The notes: a model not told the origin generated them from the sequence alone. Shown: positions 1 to 12,580, counted from the whole stretch's first letter. The stretch is DNA of 63,858 nucleotides, filler included, from Octopus bimaculoides (GCF_001194135.2; 6 parts of 6 records of this genome joined end to end with filler, not necessarily neighbours in it); one strand, 5' to 3'. Translations and numbers: made by a program.

Positions 1-21
1 ATATATATATATATATATATA

Positions 22-355
22 GGGGCAGGAGTCACTTGCTTACCAACCACCTGGTTCTGGGTTCACTCCCACTGCGTGGCAGCTTCAGCAAGTGTCATGT
101 ACTATAGCCTCGGGCCAACCAAAGCCTTCTGAGTGGATTTGGTAGACGGAAACACATATGTATAGGGTGCTATACATGTTTGTGTGTTTGTGTTTGTCCC
201 CCACCATCGCTTGACAACCGTAACTTAGAGGTTAGGCAAAACACACCGACAGAAGAATTACTAGGCTTGCAAAGAATAAGTCCTGGGTCGATTTGTTCGA
301 CTCAAGGCGGTGCTCTAGCATGGCCGCAGTCAAATGACTGAAACAAATAAAAGAA
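22..355 (+). mobile_element. SINE family A (tRNA-headed), internally deleted copy
   Basis: Shares head ...ttgcttaccaaccac..ggttc..ggttcactcccactgcgtggca and tail ggcggtgctctagcatggccgcagtcaaatgactgaaac with copies at 17927-18322 and 32987-33387. Confidence 0.85.
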
Positions 356-563
356 TATATATATACAATTATATTTCGTATGTGTATTTCGTGTGCAAGA
401 TTNNNNNNNNNNGAAATAATTTAACAAAAAACTATATAAATTAATAAAGGACTGAACCAGTGCGTGTGTTTATTACCGGCATAATGACTCTCCCAAGGTT
501 TAATTGTATACAATTATAATTATGCACATATATACAAATGTGTATGTATATATATATGTATGT

Positions 564-630
<67 letters not shown>

Positions 631-876
631 TGCGCATGTGTGTGCGTGCGCGAGCACGTTTGTCCCTTTCTCTCTATACATCATATATAGAGAGAGTTGG
701 AGAGGGGCACAAAAAGGGTGTGAGAGAGAGAGAAGTTACTTTTCCCTTTTGACGTCAGCCTGATAAATTTTGCATTGTAATCGAATCTTCTGGTAATAAT
801 TATCAAAATCGTTATTCTTATTGATGTTTTTCATATTGTTCTTCATAACTATATATGAATGTGTGTGTGCATGCAT

Positions 877-933
<57 letters not shown>

Positions 934-1209
934 TCCTGCCGTAAGGCTTTACTTCCACACACGCCAGCTTAATTTAATTCGTCATTAGTCGAAAGACACC
1001 TGTTGTTATGTCCTGTTATTTGTATTTGTGTAACATTCTCCGTTTTTTTCCCCCGTTCTTGTTTTCATATACATTCGTTGCTTTCTTCCAAGAAATCTGA
1101 TACTCTTAACTTAGTTTTTCCTTGTGGCTGGCCACATTAGAGTAATCTCGAGTATAACTAGCCGAAATTGCAAAGATAATCTGGAACTCGACTGAGAAAA
1201 GAAAACTCC

Positions 1210-1339
1210 GGGCTTCTTTCAATTTCCATCTACCAAATCCACTCACAAAGCTTTGGTCGGCCTGAAGCTATAGTAGAAGACGCAGTGGGAATGAACCCAG
1301 TTCCATGTGGTTGGTAGGCAAGCTACTTACCACACAGCC
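1210..1339 (-). mobile_element. SINE family A, 5' half
   Basis: Reverse complement of the family A head and ctaccaaatccactcacaaagctttggtcgg segment. Confidence 0.8.
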
Positions 1340-1364
1340 TATATATCTATATATATAATATATA

Positions 1365-1540
1365 TTTTTATTTTATTCTCTCTTTTTATTCTTTTTCTCT
1401 ATGTTTATTTCCCCGTGTTCCTTTCTGTTGAAGAGCGTAGGCTCAAAACGTCAAAGGCTTTCTCCCTTTCCCGAGCATTAAACTAATACACCTGTATGTT
1501 GTTTATACACCTGTGTTCGTTTTTTGTTTATCTGTAGATA
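1365..1540 (+). mobile_element. Family G repeat, probable PLE pseudo-LTR with degenerate hammerhead motif
   Basis: Homologous to 8500-8700 (+) and 18810-18920 (-); contains ccttt-ctgttga-a-gag-cgtagg-ctc-aaaac-gtc-aaagg. Confidence 0.5.
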
Positions 1541-1582
1541 CTCATGCATGTATATATATGTACACGTGTGTATGTATGTATG

Positions 1583-1630
<48 letters not shown>

Positions 1631-2643
1631 ACAACGAAGTCATTCTATAGGGGATTAGTGGAGGGCAGGTACGACGACGATCTCGGTGCGAACCTGGGCG
1701 TCGACGAGGAATACCTGACCNNNNNNNNNNNNNNNNNNNNNNNNNNNNNNNNNNNNNNNNNNNNNNNNNNNNNNNNNNNNNNNNNNNNNNNNNNNNNNNN
1801 NNNNNNNNNNNNNNNNNNNNNNNNNNNNNNNNNNNNNNNNNNNNNNNNNNNNNNNNNNNNNNNNNNNNNNNNNNNNNNNNNNNNNNNNNNNNNNNNNNNN
1901 NNNNNNNNNNNNNNNNNNNNNNNNNNNNNNNNNNNNNNNNNNNNNNNNNNNNNNNNNNNNNNNNNNNNNNNNNNNNNNNNNNNNNNNNNNNNNNNNNNNN
2001 NNNNNNNNNNNNNNNNNNNNNNNNNNNNNNNNNNNNNNNNNNNNNNNNNNNNNNNNNNNNNNNNNNNNNNNNNNNNNNNNNNNNNNNNNNNNNNNNNNNN
2101 NNNNNNNNNNNNNNNNNNNNNNNNNNNNNNNNNNNNNNNNNNNNNNNNNNNNNNNNNNNNNNNNNNNNNNNNNNNNNNNNNNNNNNNNNNNNNNNNNNNN
2201 NNNNNNNNNNNNNNNNNNNNNNNNNNNNNNNNNNNNNNNNNNNNNNNNNNNNNNNNNNNNNNNNNNNNNNNNNNNNNNNNNNNNNNNNNNNNNNNNNNNN
2301 NNNNNNNNNNNNNNNNNNNNNNNNNNNNNNNNNNNNNNNNNNNNNNNNNNNNNNNNNNNNNNNNNNNNNNNNNNNNNNNNNNNNNNNNNNNNNNNNNNNN
2401 NNNNNNNNNNNNNNNNNNNNNNNNNNNNNNNNNNNNNNNNNNNNNNNNNNNNNNNNNNNNNNNNNNNNNNNNNNNNNNNNNNNNNNNNNNNNNNNNNNNN
2501 NNNNNNNNNNNNNNNNNNNNNNNNATCGTTGTCCCCACTTTTGTTTTTTTTTTCTGCTTTGTTTTCGACCCCCTCGAAAAGAAAAACTCTACATTTGTAT
2601 TTTGTCCCCTCTGTGTTGAGCCCTGTGTGGCTAATAAAGAAAC

Positions 2644-2644
<1 letters not shown>
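1631..2644 (+). mobile_element. 5'-truncated Tx1/L1-group LINE (gap inside), embedded in (TATC)n
   Basis: Coding-like start TTKSFYRGLVEGRYDDDLGANLGVDEEYLT; 3' UTR end ctctacatttgtattttgtcccctctgtgttgagccctgtgtggctaataaagaaa matches 14636-14700 (-) and 31730-31788 (+). Confidence 0.65.
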
Positions 2645-2681
<37 letters not shown>

Positions 2682-2711
2682 CTCTATCTATCTATATATC
2701 TATTTATTTAT

Positions 2712-2771
<60 letters not shown>

Positions 2772-2775
2772 TTAT

Positions 2776-2822
<47 letters not shown>
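2645..2822. repeat. (TATC)n microsatellite; a second tract at 1583-1630 flanks the other side of the LINE
   Basis: Direct sequence. Confidence 0.95.
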
Positions 2823-2823
<1 letters not shown>

Positions 2824-3129
2824 TTCTGGGGTGATGTTGCAGATATATTATATTTTCATTGTGATTCTATTTCTATATTTTTGTTGTCAAATTTATATTA
2901 AATTTTCTTTGTTGTTCTTCGTATTGTCAATTGCACACCCCTTCCGTATAAACGTGTGCTTTCGCGTTCTTGTGCCCTCTCAATATATTTACTTGACGCA
3001 GACACACAACCTCCCTCCCACATATACACACATACACACATCCCCTCAAAATATATACACCGTTTAACAGATGATAACTCATCATTCATTGTTTCTTGAA
3101 TGTAACCAATCAAAAATGTAGGGAGCCAG

Positions 3130-3800
3130 GCTAAACCCTGAATAAAGGAAATTTACTTTAAATTCCTACTGAAAGTTTGAAAACGCAATCGAAGTGCAAG
3201 GACAGCTCAAAGTGGAATTTTAAACAGATTCATCAACACAACGTACCATCAATAAAATTAGTGATAAGTTTGAAGTAGATGGAGCTGTTCAGAATGTTCA
3301 AAAGAACGTTTAGGAAGACCACTCACACATCGATGAGCTCCAGAAGTCAAGGAAGGATACTAGAAACTGCTTGTAAGTGTCCAGAAATATCTGAGCTGCA
3401 AGTAAGTCGTGGGATATGAAATTCAATCTCAAGTGTCCACCGCATTTTGATTTCGTCCCATGCTAGGTAGTTTTATTTCTACCTAGATAGGGAAACCGAA
3501 CATTGCTGTAGTAATTAATGTACGGGGCCTACATTGATGAAGTTTAATGATGGAACGCTGTAGTTCAATAGAATACATTCTGCGTTCACCGTGCTTCATT
3601 CCGCAACACTTTTTATGACGATACTCAATTAGAAAGTCAGCGAATTGTGGCACTCATTCAATGAGAATCTGCACAAATACCTAACGAAATGTTTCTGGCT
3701 TTTTACGAATCCATTGCTTTGCGATATCATAAGTGCTTGGGCTAGAACGGTCTTCATGTTGAAAACTGGCGTTCACAAAACAATTAAATTCTATCTATAG
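3130..3800 (+). pseudogene. Tc1/mariner-type transposase remnant (N-terminal HTH and C-terminus, internal deletion)
   Basis: Translates with stops to KFENAIEVQGQLKVEF..QRTINKISDKFEVDGAVQNVQK..GRP..SISSVHRIL, then CAQIPNEMFLAFYESIALRYHKC..NGLHVEN. Confidence 0.55.
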
Positions 3801-3885
3801 ATTTAGATTCTATTAAATTTTGAAATCAAATAGGCAATGACATTATAATCTTTCAATATGCGTATACTTTTGCGGGACCTCATTT

Positions 3886-3917
<32 letters not shown>

Positions 3918-4291
3918 CCCATATATACATATATNNNNNNNNNNNNNNNNNNNNNNNNNNNNNNNNNNNNNNNNNNNNNNNNNNNNNNNNNNNNNNNNNN
4001 NNNNNNNNNNNNNNNNNNNNNNNNNNNNNNNNNNNNNNNNNNNNNNNNNNNNNNNNNNNNNNNNNNNNNNNNNNNNNNNNNNNNNNNNNNNNNNNNNNNN
4101 NNNNNNNNNNNNNNNNNNNNNNNNNNNNNNNNNNNNNNNNNNNNNNNNNNNNNNNNNNNNNNNNNNNNNNNNNNNNNNNNNNNNNNNNNTATATATATAT
4201 GTATATATATATATATATATATAATCACACATATATGTATATATAAATATGAACATGTAAATTTACACATTTGTATATGTATATATTTATA

Positions 4292-4329
<38 letters not shown>

Positions 4330-5728
4330 ACACCACGCACGCACGCTCGCACGTATGTATATATTTCTGCATCTTTTTTGAATAAGCATACATGGTCAGT
4401 CTGTGTGTGTGTTTACATAGGTGCGGTGTTGTGCTTATGTAGTGTTTGGTGTGTTTACATTAATATGATGGCGCTGAAAGACGGTGTGGTGTTCAATCGC
4501 TAGTGACACAACACTGCCATTTGTATGGATCGCTTACACAACTTGTCAAGTGGGAAATTAAAGTAATAACTTAATTTTCGTTGATATTTGAGGAAATGCT
4601 TGTTAAATCTTGTTGCCATGGCAATATATTTTCAACATTGCACCTCCCTTCGCTCGTTTAATGCGGTGAACAGTGGGTGCAGCTGATGATGGTGGTAATT
4701 GAGGTACGGGTTGCGGTGTGGTAGTGTTAAGAGGTGTGTGGTGATATTTGTCATACTGATGTTCTTTGACGTACGCTTTTTCTCTTATGGAATGTGGTTG
4801 TACGGATCGTGGTCTCTTGTGTTGTGTTGTGACGTGTACTATATGTTGTGTTGTTATATTTGATGGTTTATGGCACATATTAGTGTGTGTTATTTTAGAG
4901 TGATACTTGAGGGCCTGTTTCAAACGTAGTTATGGTAGTTTACTATAAGTTTCGATGAGGTTATATCTGTGTTATAGTGTTGCAATTCCAGTGTGAGTTT
5001 GTGCCTATGTTTTTATATGTGTGTGCATAGATATGTGCAAGTATGTGTCCTGCCATGAAGAATATGATGTTTCATAATCACCTTCAACGGCAGCTGTAGA
5101 CAATCTGACCATACATGCTTACTCAAATAAAACGCCCCCATACATACATATATACACAAATATACGTATACATACATGTGTGTATGATTGCGTATGAGTG
5201 CTATGTTGAGCCTACTTTGTAGTGCTTGTGGAACATATTTAACATAATGTGCTATTATCGCTTTGTCCGAAGGTCAGTGAAAAGACAACTCTTATGACTG
5301 TTTCAGGGCCACCTAAACTAGTGGGAGGAATGGAATATATTCGCCTTAGCATGGAGATCTAGCCTCAATACTAACAACAAACTACACCCGATAATGGCAT
5401 CCAGTAACCACACGGTAGTATCAAACTTGGTGGAATAATAACTCTGCCGCACAAAAGCATGTGTTGAGTTTCCGAATTTCCGTCCATCAAATATCGAGCA
5501 CAATTATTTGGTCAACCGAAGACCATCGTAGGAGACATAATCACAGAGAGTAAATACCAAGATACAAGAGGACCAATCAAACCCGGAATGATGAAATACA
5601 AAGTTGAACTCGATAGGATTCGAACTATGAACGTAAGGAACACAACGAAATTCTATAAGTTATTTTGTCCCCTTCTCCTAATGAAGCGAGGTCTTGAATA
5701 AATATGTAGTGTAATAAGTGTCGAACCT

Positions 5729-5864
5729 CAAATTCCGCCGAGGTCGGCTTTGTCTTTCATCCTTTCAGGGGTCTATAAATTAAGTACCAGTTGGGTATTG
5801 GAGTCGATCTAATCGACTGGCCCCCTCCCCCAAAATTTCGGGCCTTGTGCCAAGAGTAGAAAAG
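5729..5864 (+). mobile_element. 5'-truncated SINE family B (type-2 tail) with 16-bp TSD
   Basis: caaattccgccgaggtcg..tttcatcctttc..gg core; aataagtgtcgaacct repeated at 5713-5728 and 5865-5880. Confidence 0.9.
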
Positions 5865-6683
5865 AATAAGTGTCGAACCTGACAACATCAACTCTATTTG
5901 ATGGTGGAAATAACTTGAGGGGTGATTATAATGGGGCTGGGAAATATTGGATGGTTGGAATGAAAGAAAGCGGTATTGAGGAAAATATTTGGTGGAGTTG
6001 GCTTTGACACCAAATGGCAAGTCTCAAGAACGCTGTATGTCACAAGAACGTTTCTATTCGGCCCTAGGTAGATTGACTATTTTCGGTTTTAAAATTTTTC
6101 GTTGTTGCTCTTATGATCATTGCTGGTGTTGATGTTGCTACGATCATCGTTATTTTTATTAATGTTGTTGTAATTGTTGTTCTCCTCGCAAATGATTTTT
6201 TTTTCTTTATTGGTTGTATTCATGGTATTCTTATTGTTTACTTGCCGTAGGTTTATCTATAGTGGTTGAGACGTTCAGCATGGAAATCGAGGAGGAGGAG
6301 GAGGAGGAGGTGGTGGTGGTGCTGCTACTGCTGGCGGTGGTGGTAGTGGTGGTGCTGGTGATGGTGGTGGTGGCGGTGGCGCCATGGTGGTGGCGGTGGT
6401 GGTGGTGGTGATGTTGAATGTCCTTTGGCGTTTGTTACCTTACCTTTGCGCTTCTTGTATCATTGTTGCTGCATTCATCATTATAATTCTTGATTATTAA
6501 ATGTTCTTGTTTCAGCGATGTCATTATCGATGCTGTTCCTCGTGATGCTGTTGCAGCTGGTGGTTTTGGCAATATTTTTTCTTTTCTATTTCTCGTTTCT
6601 TTTTTCATGTTCCTCCCACTTCTGCCGTTCATATTCTTCATTTTAATATAAATACACAATATATACATACACATATGTGTGTG

Positions 6684-6716
<33 letters not shown>

Positions 6717-6760
6717 GCATGTATATCTATAGCTATTTATTTATCTACACACGCACACAC

Positions 6761-6794
<34 letters not shown>

Positions 6795-6833
6795 TTTTTT
6801 TATTTATATGTATATATATATATATATGTGTGT

Positions 6834-6880
<47 letters not shown>

Positions 6881-7709
6881 CAAGGGAAAAATACACACAG
6901 CTATATATATATATGTGCATGTGTGTGTGTGTGTGTATCTATTTATCTATCTCCCTATATATATNNNNNNNNNNNNNNNNNNNNNNNNNNNNNNNNNNNN
7001 NNNNNNNNNNATAAATACATAAGTATGTATGTACGTATGTATGTATGTATGTATGTATGTATGCATGTATGTATGTATAAACACACTTATATTCAGCAGT
7101 ATCAGCGCTAAGCAGTGTTTAGTTATAAATGAACTTTAGGTTAGGTAAAATATATTCGTGAATATTTCAACTTCTAAAGGCAAACTCACTGCAGTTACTG
7201 TGGAGAAAAAAAATTCTCTCTTGTGATAAAACGTGCAAAAACACTATATCTGCTCAGTGCTGCCCTCTGCGGGATTCTCAGACACAACGATTCTAGCTCC
7301 TTAGCTGTCGTCAATGAGAAATACTGAAGAGTGGTAACTACATTTTCAAATTGCCCTGAGTACACTGCTATGTATGCATGTATTTATGCTTGTAAGTATA
7401 AAGGGAACATATACAAAGAGGAACGTGGAGTTACGTATATATTGCCTTTCCTATGGCCACTATGAAGTTTACATCAAATGCACTCTATTGATTCTATTCT
7501 TCCTTGTACTTTTATAACTGATATACATCTCGCAGTACATACATATCGTCGGCTCAACGGACGGTCGTAGAATGAGAGGTAGTAATTTCGATGTCCGTGG
7601 TATCATCAGGTCTCGTTTTCCGCTCTTGTAAAATGTCGTTTATATAATACCTTTTAAATACCTGAACTGATAACATTACAACGGATATACATACACATAT
7701 GCACGTGGG

Positions 7710-7782
<73 letters not shown>

Positions 7783-7828
7783 ACACACATCAGCAGTAGA
7801 TTATAGGTTCATTTTCATGGTTTTATAG

Positions 7829-7912
7829 CAGTGGTTCCCAACCTGGGGTCTGTGGACTCTTGGTGGCCTACAAATATATAAAAGGATTGGGAAACACTGT
7901 TGGGAAGCACTG
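7829..7912. mobile_element. Short hAT-like MITE remnant
   Basis: cagtggttcccaacc ... gattgggaaacactg / gttgggaagcactg imperfect terminal inverted repeats. Confidence 0.5.
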
Positions 7913-8416
7913 TGAAAAGACTAGGGAACAATGTTTTATAGTCAGAAGTAATGGAAATAATTGTTACTCGAGACTAACACGAAGCATGGCGTAAAACTAA
8001 GGATAAATTCAATTTATCATGGATATACTGTATTTGTGTACGTGCATATATATGTATATATGCATGTGTGTGTGTACGTATGTATATACATGTATGTTTG
8101 TATGTATATAAGTATGTATGCATGAATATATATANNNNNNNNNNNNNNNNNNNNNNNNNNNNNNNNNNNNNNNNNNNNNNNNNNNNNNNNNNNNNNNNNN
8201 NNNNNNNNNNNNNNNNNNNNNNNNNNNNNNNNNNNNNNNNNNNNNNNNNNNNNNNNNNNNNNNNNNNNNNNNNNNNNNNNNNNNNNNNNNNNNNNNNNNN
8301 NNNNNNNNNNNNNNNNNNNNNNNNNNNNNNNNNNNNNNNNNNNNNNNNNNNNNNNNNNNNNNNNNNNNNNNNNNNNNNNNNNNNNNNNNNNNNNNNNNNN
8401 NNNNNNNNNNNNNNNN

Positions 8417-8451
<35 letters not shown>

Positions 8452-8499
8452 CTGTTTCCCTGTTTGTTGTTCGCACCTTATAGAAAATGTACCTAGTTT

Positions 8500-8700
8500 C
8501 CCCTCACAGTCAGTACCACCTAATATTCATTTCTTTTTCTCTCCTTTTTTTCTCTCTCCCTGCTTCTTTCTGTGAGAGAGCGTAGGCTCGAAACGTTAAA
8601 GGCTTTTTCACTTCCCGTGCGTTATACAAATACATCTGTTTGTTGTCTACACCACCTATCTTCGTCTTTTTTTTTGTGTGAATTCTCCTCTGTTTTATGC
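8500..8700 (+). mobile_element. Family G repeat with degenerate hammerhead motif
   Basis: cttt-ctgtgaga-gag-cgtagg-ctc-gaaac-gtt-aaag at 8566-8601; homologous to 1365-1540. Confidence 0.5.
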
Positions 8701-9342
8701 CTAAATTGTATATTGTGTAATTAATGAAGAGCCTCCGAAAGCACAGGTATACAAACTGGGCTACCCATTACGGTGTTTAATTTCTGGATGTTTTATAAAG
8801 CGGTTTACCCAATATTCTGTGTTGTGGAAGGAGGTTGAATACGTCTTGCCTTAGAGGCATTTACCAAACAACGAAATGGTCCGTGAAGAGTCTTCCCACA
8901 TATATTGCTGCACATGAACATAATAAAAAGCGTTTGTTTTCCTCGTTATTTTATAACTAGGTTTCCCAGTATTTAGATGTATTTTAATAAGTGTGTGTAT
9001 CTATGTATATTATAGATAAACATAGATATGCATACATTTGTGGATGTGCTAATTAATTAGTTATAAGTAACAAAACTCCACTTAAATATGTACACAGGAA
9101 TATAAAGGCATTTCAATACGCACGTACATACATAAAGAAATACACCAAACCATTTTGACAGAACAATACAAACACTGAATACAGATTACATATATTTACC
9201 TGGCGAAATGGCATAACAATGAGTTTCATAGATCGGCATCACCTGCTTGTTTTCAAACACACAGTATTTGACCAGATAAAATAGTACATTTTCCATATTT
9301 CAAAAAACTACATTAAAGCTTGCACGTATATATAAAAACGCG

Positions 9343-9373
<31 letters not shown>

Positions 9374-9728
9374 AAATATATGCTTGCAGATATCTACATA
9401 TATACTTATGCATATTATCAGACAGCTATATTTGTGCGTGAGCATGTGTGTATGTGTAAACAGAGAGGACAGAGAGATGGAAAGGGGAGCAAGATTGAGA
9501 AATGTTTCAAGATATATAATATACCGCAAATCGCGTACTTCTTTGGTGAATTCTGATTTATGCCGCACTACAGAATGCTGAAGCAAACAGATATTATACA
9601 GAGAGGGACGAAAGAATGATAAAACATTATAAAAGAAGGTAGATAGGTAGGGGTTGAAAAAGAGAGGAATAAAGAAATAAAATTAGAGAGTAGATATAAA
9701 GGATTGTCAATGAGAGTACACTCACAAA

Positions 9729-9762
<34 letters not shown>

Positions 9763-9797
9763 NNNNNNNNNNGAACTTCATTTTCTATGTACATGTA

Positions 9798-10059
9798 AGG
9801 CGCAATGGCCCAGTGGTTAAGACAGCGGACTCGCGGTCATAGGATATCTCACTCTTTCTTCCTGTTTCTGTTGTGCCTGTAATTCAAAGGGTCAGCCTTG
9901 TCACACTGTGTCACGCTGAATATCCCCGAGAACTACATTAAGGATACACGTGTCTGTGGAGTGCTCAGCCACTTGCACGTTAATTTCACGAGCAGGCTGT
10001 TCCGTTGATCGGATCGACTGGAACCCTCGACGTCGTAAGCGACGGAGTGCCAACAACAA
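9798..10059 (+). mobile_element. SINE family C (tRNA-headed, (CAA)n tail), internally deleted
   Basis: aggcgcaatggcccagtggtta A-box head; tail ...gacggagtgccaacaacaa; matches 28169-28499 and 34731-35056. Confidence 0.9.
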
Positions 10060-10060
10060 T

Positions 10061-11250
10061 AATGCTGGAGTTTACATGAAGAGAGAAAGGAGGTATGAAT
10101 AAGATCACAGTAGGGTGATGTAGTTCTTTCGGTGGCTTTGGGTTGGGTGTGTAACTGATTTCTTTCTTAAACACGCCTGTCGAAAGGCCATGGCTGTAAT
10201 AGGTGTGCACCTGTCAAAGATTTCTTTATTATATATAGGACCAAGACCTTTCTGGTTACTCCCTTAACTAGTTTGTTGGACAACAAAACCGGATAGCAGG
10301 ACCGGGTGTTAATGCAGGCGAACTTCTCACAAGTGTAAGGTTTGTATTCTCTAGTATCTAAATCTAACATCGTATCTAGGAAGTTAAATAAGGTAAAATT
10401 GGTTGTATTTTGGTAATAAATCCAAAAGTATTTGAAAACCTGGATAAAATGTTTTCTTATTTTATCTAGCACGTAATTATTAGCACTCCTTAATATGACC
10501 AGGGCGTCATCCTTATAAAATCAAACGTGGTCGATATGAACCTCTTATGCAAGGCACCTATCAAGTAAAATCAAATGTTAACAGACGTCGACACTGTGAA
10601 ATGATCTCATTTCCACTTCAAAGGAACCGATCAAATCGCACCATATGATCCAGTCAGAACCATTATTAAATGTGTATGAAAACTTGTATGTCACTATCTG
10701 AGACAGGAAAATATCTAAGGAAGCTTAGCATCGTGGGAAATATCTCTTTGGAAATCAATGGTTCTATTTTTACTTATGCTATCGTTGAAATGTGAAATGA
10801 CTTCGCCGATGCCACGCAGAGGGTGATATCAGAAGCTTTCCTAATTTTACTATTAATATTGTTATGTAAAGCAGTCTCTGTCTTGTCGGCGTTTATAAGT
10901 CTATATTTAAGGGTAATTGTGAAGTTACTATTTTGTTTAGCTAGTACTTGCATTCAGTTATCTATATCTAATTTCCAATGCAAATCTTAAACTTCACCGT
11001 TTATATTATCGTAAGTCCATATCCTGTCTTTATCCTCTATATCTCTATGTAATGCTAATTCTTAACATCTACACATACAGGCTATTGTTTACCTCATATG
11101 CTACCTGAGTATTATTAGAAAATAATAATGCTCCATTTCAAGATTTTTAACCTCGCTATGTTAGCTCTGAATTTATTCGGAATGTTTTACTTTTCCAAGA
11201 TGTTTTGTGCGTAGAGTTTCTGCAGCAGCCACAAGTTACACTTAGATCAA
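10061..11250 (-). pseudogene. Penelope-like element reverse transcriptase remnant
   Basis: Successive frameshifted segments: IIIFSNNTQVAYEV..Y..ML..SIT; MQVLAKQN..LKYRLINADKTE..NINSKIRK; PLISKEIF..SDSDIQVFIH; GSFEVEMRSFHSVDVC; YKDDALVILRSANNYVLDKIRKHFIQVFK; NFLDTMLDLDTREYKPY; ILFIPPFSLHVNSSI. These are collinear with PLE RT/thumb motifs (FDVTMGSFDGAEVC, YRDDGL, NFLDVTL, WFNPPFS) as I recall them. Confidence 0.75.
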
Positions 11251-11485
11251 TATCGTGCTTACCTAATGAGCGTCGAGTTCCATACAAAACGTGGTGCCAT
11301 GGCCACTGTCTGATAGTATGATCACGCAGTATAACCCTCAAGAACCACAACCTATCGTATGCATATAGATATATATGTGCGTGTGTGCTCTAAATGTTTG
11401 AAAAAACATTGAAAATTGGCAAAATATGTTAGATGTCAATACATGTAATTAAGGAGAAAAGAAATTGTATTACCTTTACATAGCC

Positions 11486-11815
11486 CAGGGGTTATCAAGC
11501 GTGGTTGTCCATGTGGACCCTGGGAATCCATATAAGGTTTTGGTGGGTCTATGGGTACAATATAGTAAATTGGGTGTCCACAGTAAATTTTCAGGGGCCA
11601 TGAAAAAATTATGCTTTAGACCAGTAAAGTTTATGTGCAATAAATTGGTTATACATCCACAATACACAAAATATCAAAATTTTTATACAAGTTCTAATAA
11701 CATTTAGTTATGAAAAACAGTAGGATTTTTTTTTAATCGAATGGCTATGGGGTTCATCCAAGTAAAATAGGAATAAAAGGGGTGTATAGGTAAAATAAAT
11801 GGTTAAGGACCCCTG
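11486..11815. mobile_element. hAT-like MITE
   Basis: Termini caggggtt... / ...ggacccctg; flanking 8-mers acatagcc and gcatagtc (6/8) fit a decayed 8-bp TSD. Confidence 0.55.
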
Positions 11816-12539
11816 GCATAGTCGCTTTCATAATCCTATAATATTTCGAAAATATTTTCTCATTGAAAATAAAAGTAAGAAAATAAAGGAATACTTCTAA
11901 GAAATGTACTTTTATTGGCTGGACTAAAGATATTGAGGGATTAAAATATTTATAGTTACAACTGGCAACGGTAGATAGTACCAGTAGTAGCAAGTGGTAG
12001 GGTAAGGCAATAGCAGCAACAATGAGTGTTTTGGTATGTTTAGTTAGTACAGGTACATGAAGGAGTGATGGAAAAGGTCACTAGACATTGGCTGAATTTT
12101 AAGGCAAGTTTAGAAAAATGTAAGTCATTTGAGGAGTGGTCATACCAATCTGTCAGGCGATAGTATCAATTTATCATGCGATGACGCTTACTATTGCTTT
12201 CCTAGAGAAGCCACATGGCTTGTTGTTACTCATATAATATATCTTAAATAACAAAAACTATAGAATAGCATTCTATAAAAGTTGTTTCTTACAACACGTA
12301 TGACACAAACTCTTACGTTACTTCCATGCGTCTATTTGAAAAGGAGAGGTTTTCCTGAAATATTATGATTACGAAGCAACCTATGTACGGTAATGCAATC
12401 TCTTTCTGTTCATTTATCGACATCATCTTACATATTTTGCCAAGATTTCCAACTGCATTGCTCAAAGGTTTTAACACATTTATATCATTTACTCATTTGC
12501 ACACTCTCCAACGCTCCAAGCAAACCAAAGAACCCTTGA

Positions 12540-12580
<41 letters not shown>

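Noticed and set aside
1544-3067. Long ORFs in the track (e.g. 507 aa here; 30388-31514; 51278-52396)
   Set aside because: They are open only because of N gaps and (TATC)/(CA)/(TA) repeats, giving YLSI, HT and CV runs.
7574-7614. Minus-strand CUGAUGA..GAAA hammerhead-like spacing
   Set aside because: Stem II does not pair, and the NUH site and stem I register do not fit.
12053-12119. Plus-strand exon-like segment VHEGVMEKVTRHWLNFKASLEK with a GTAAGT donor; similar weak candidates at 7554-7660(-), 9200-9290(-), 41675-41734(+)
   Set aside because: Weak acceptors and no recognisable product; indistinguishable from chance without RNA-seq.
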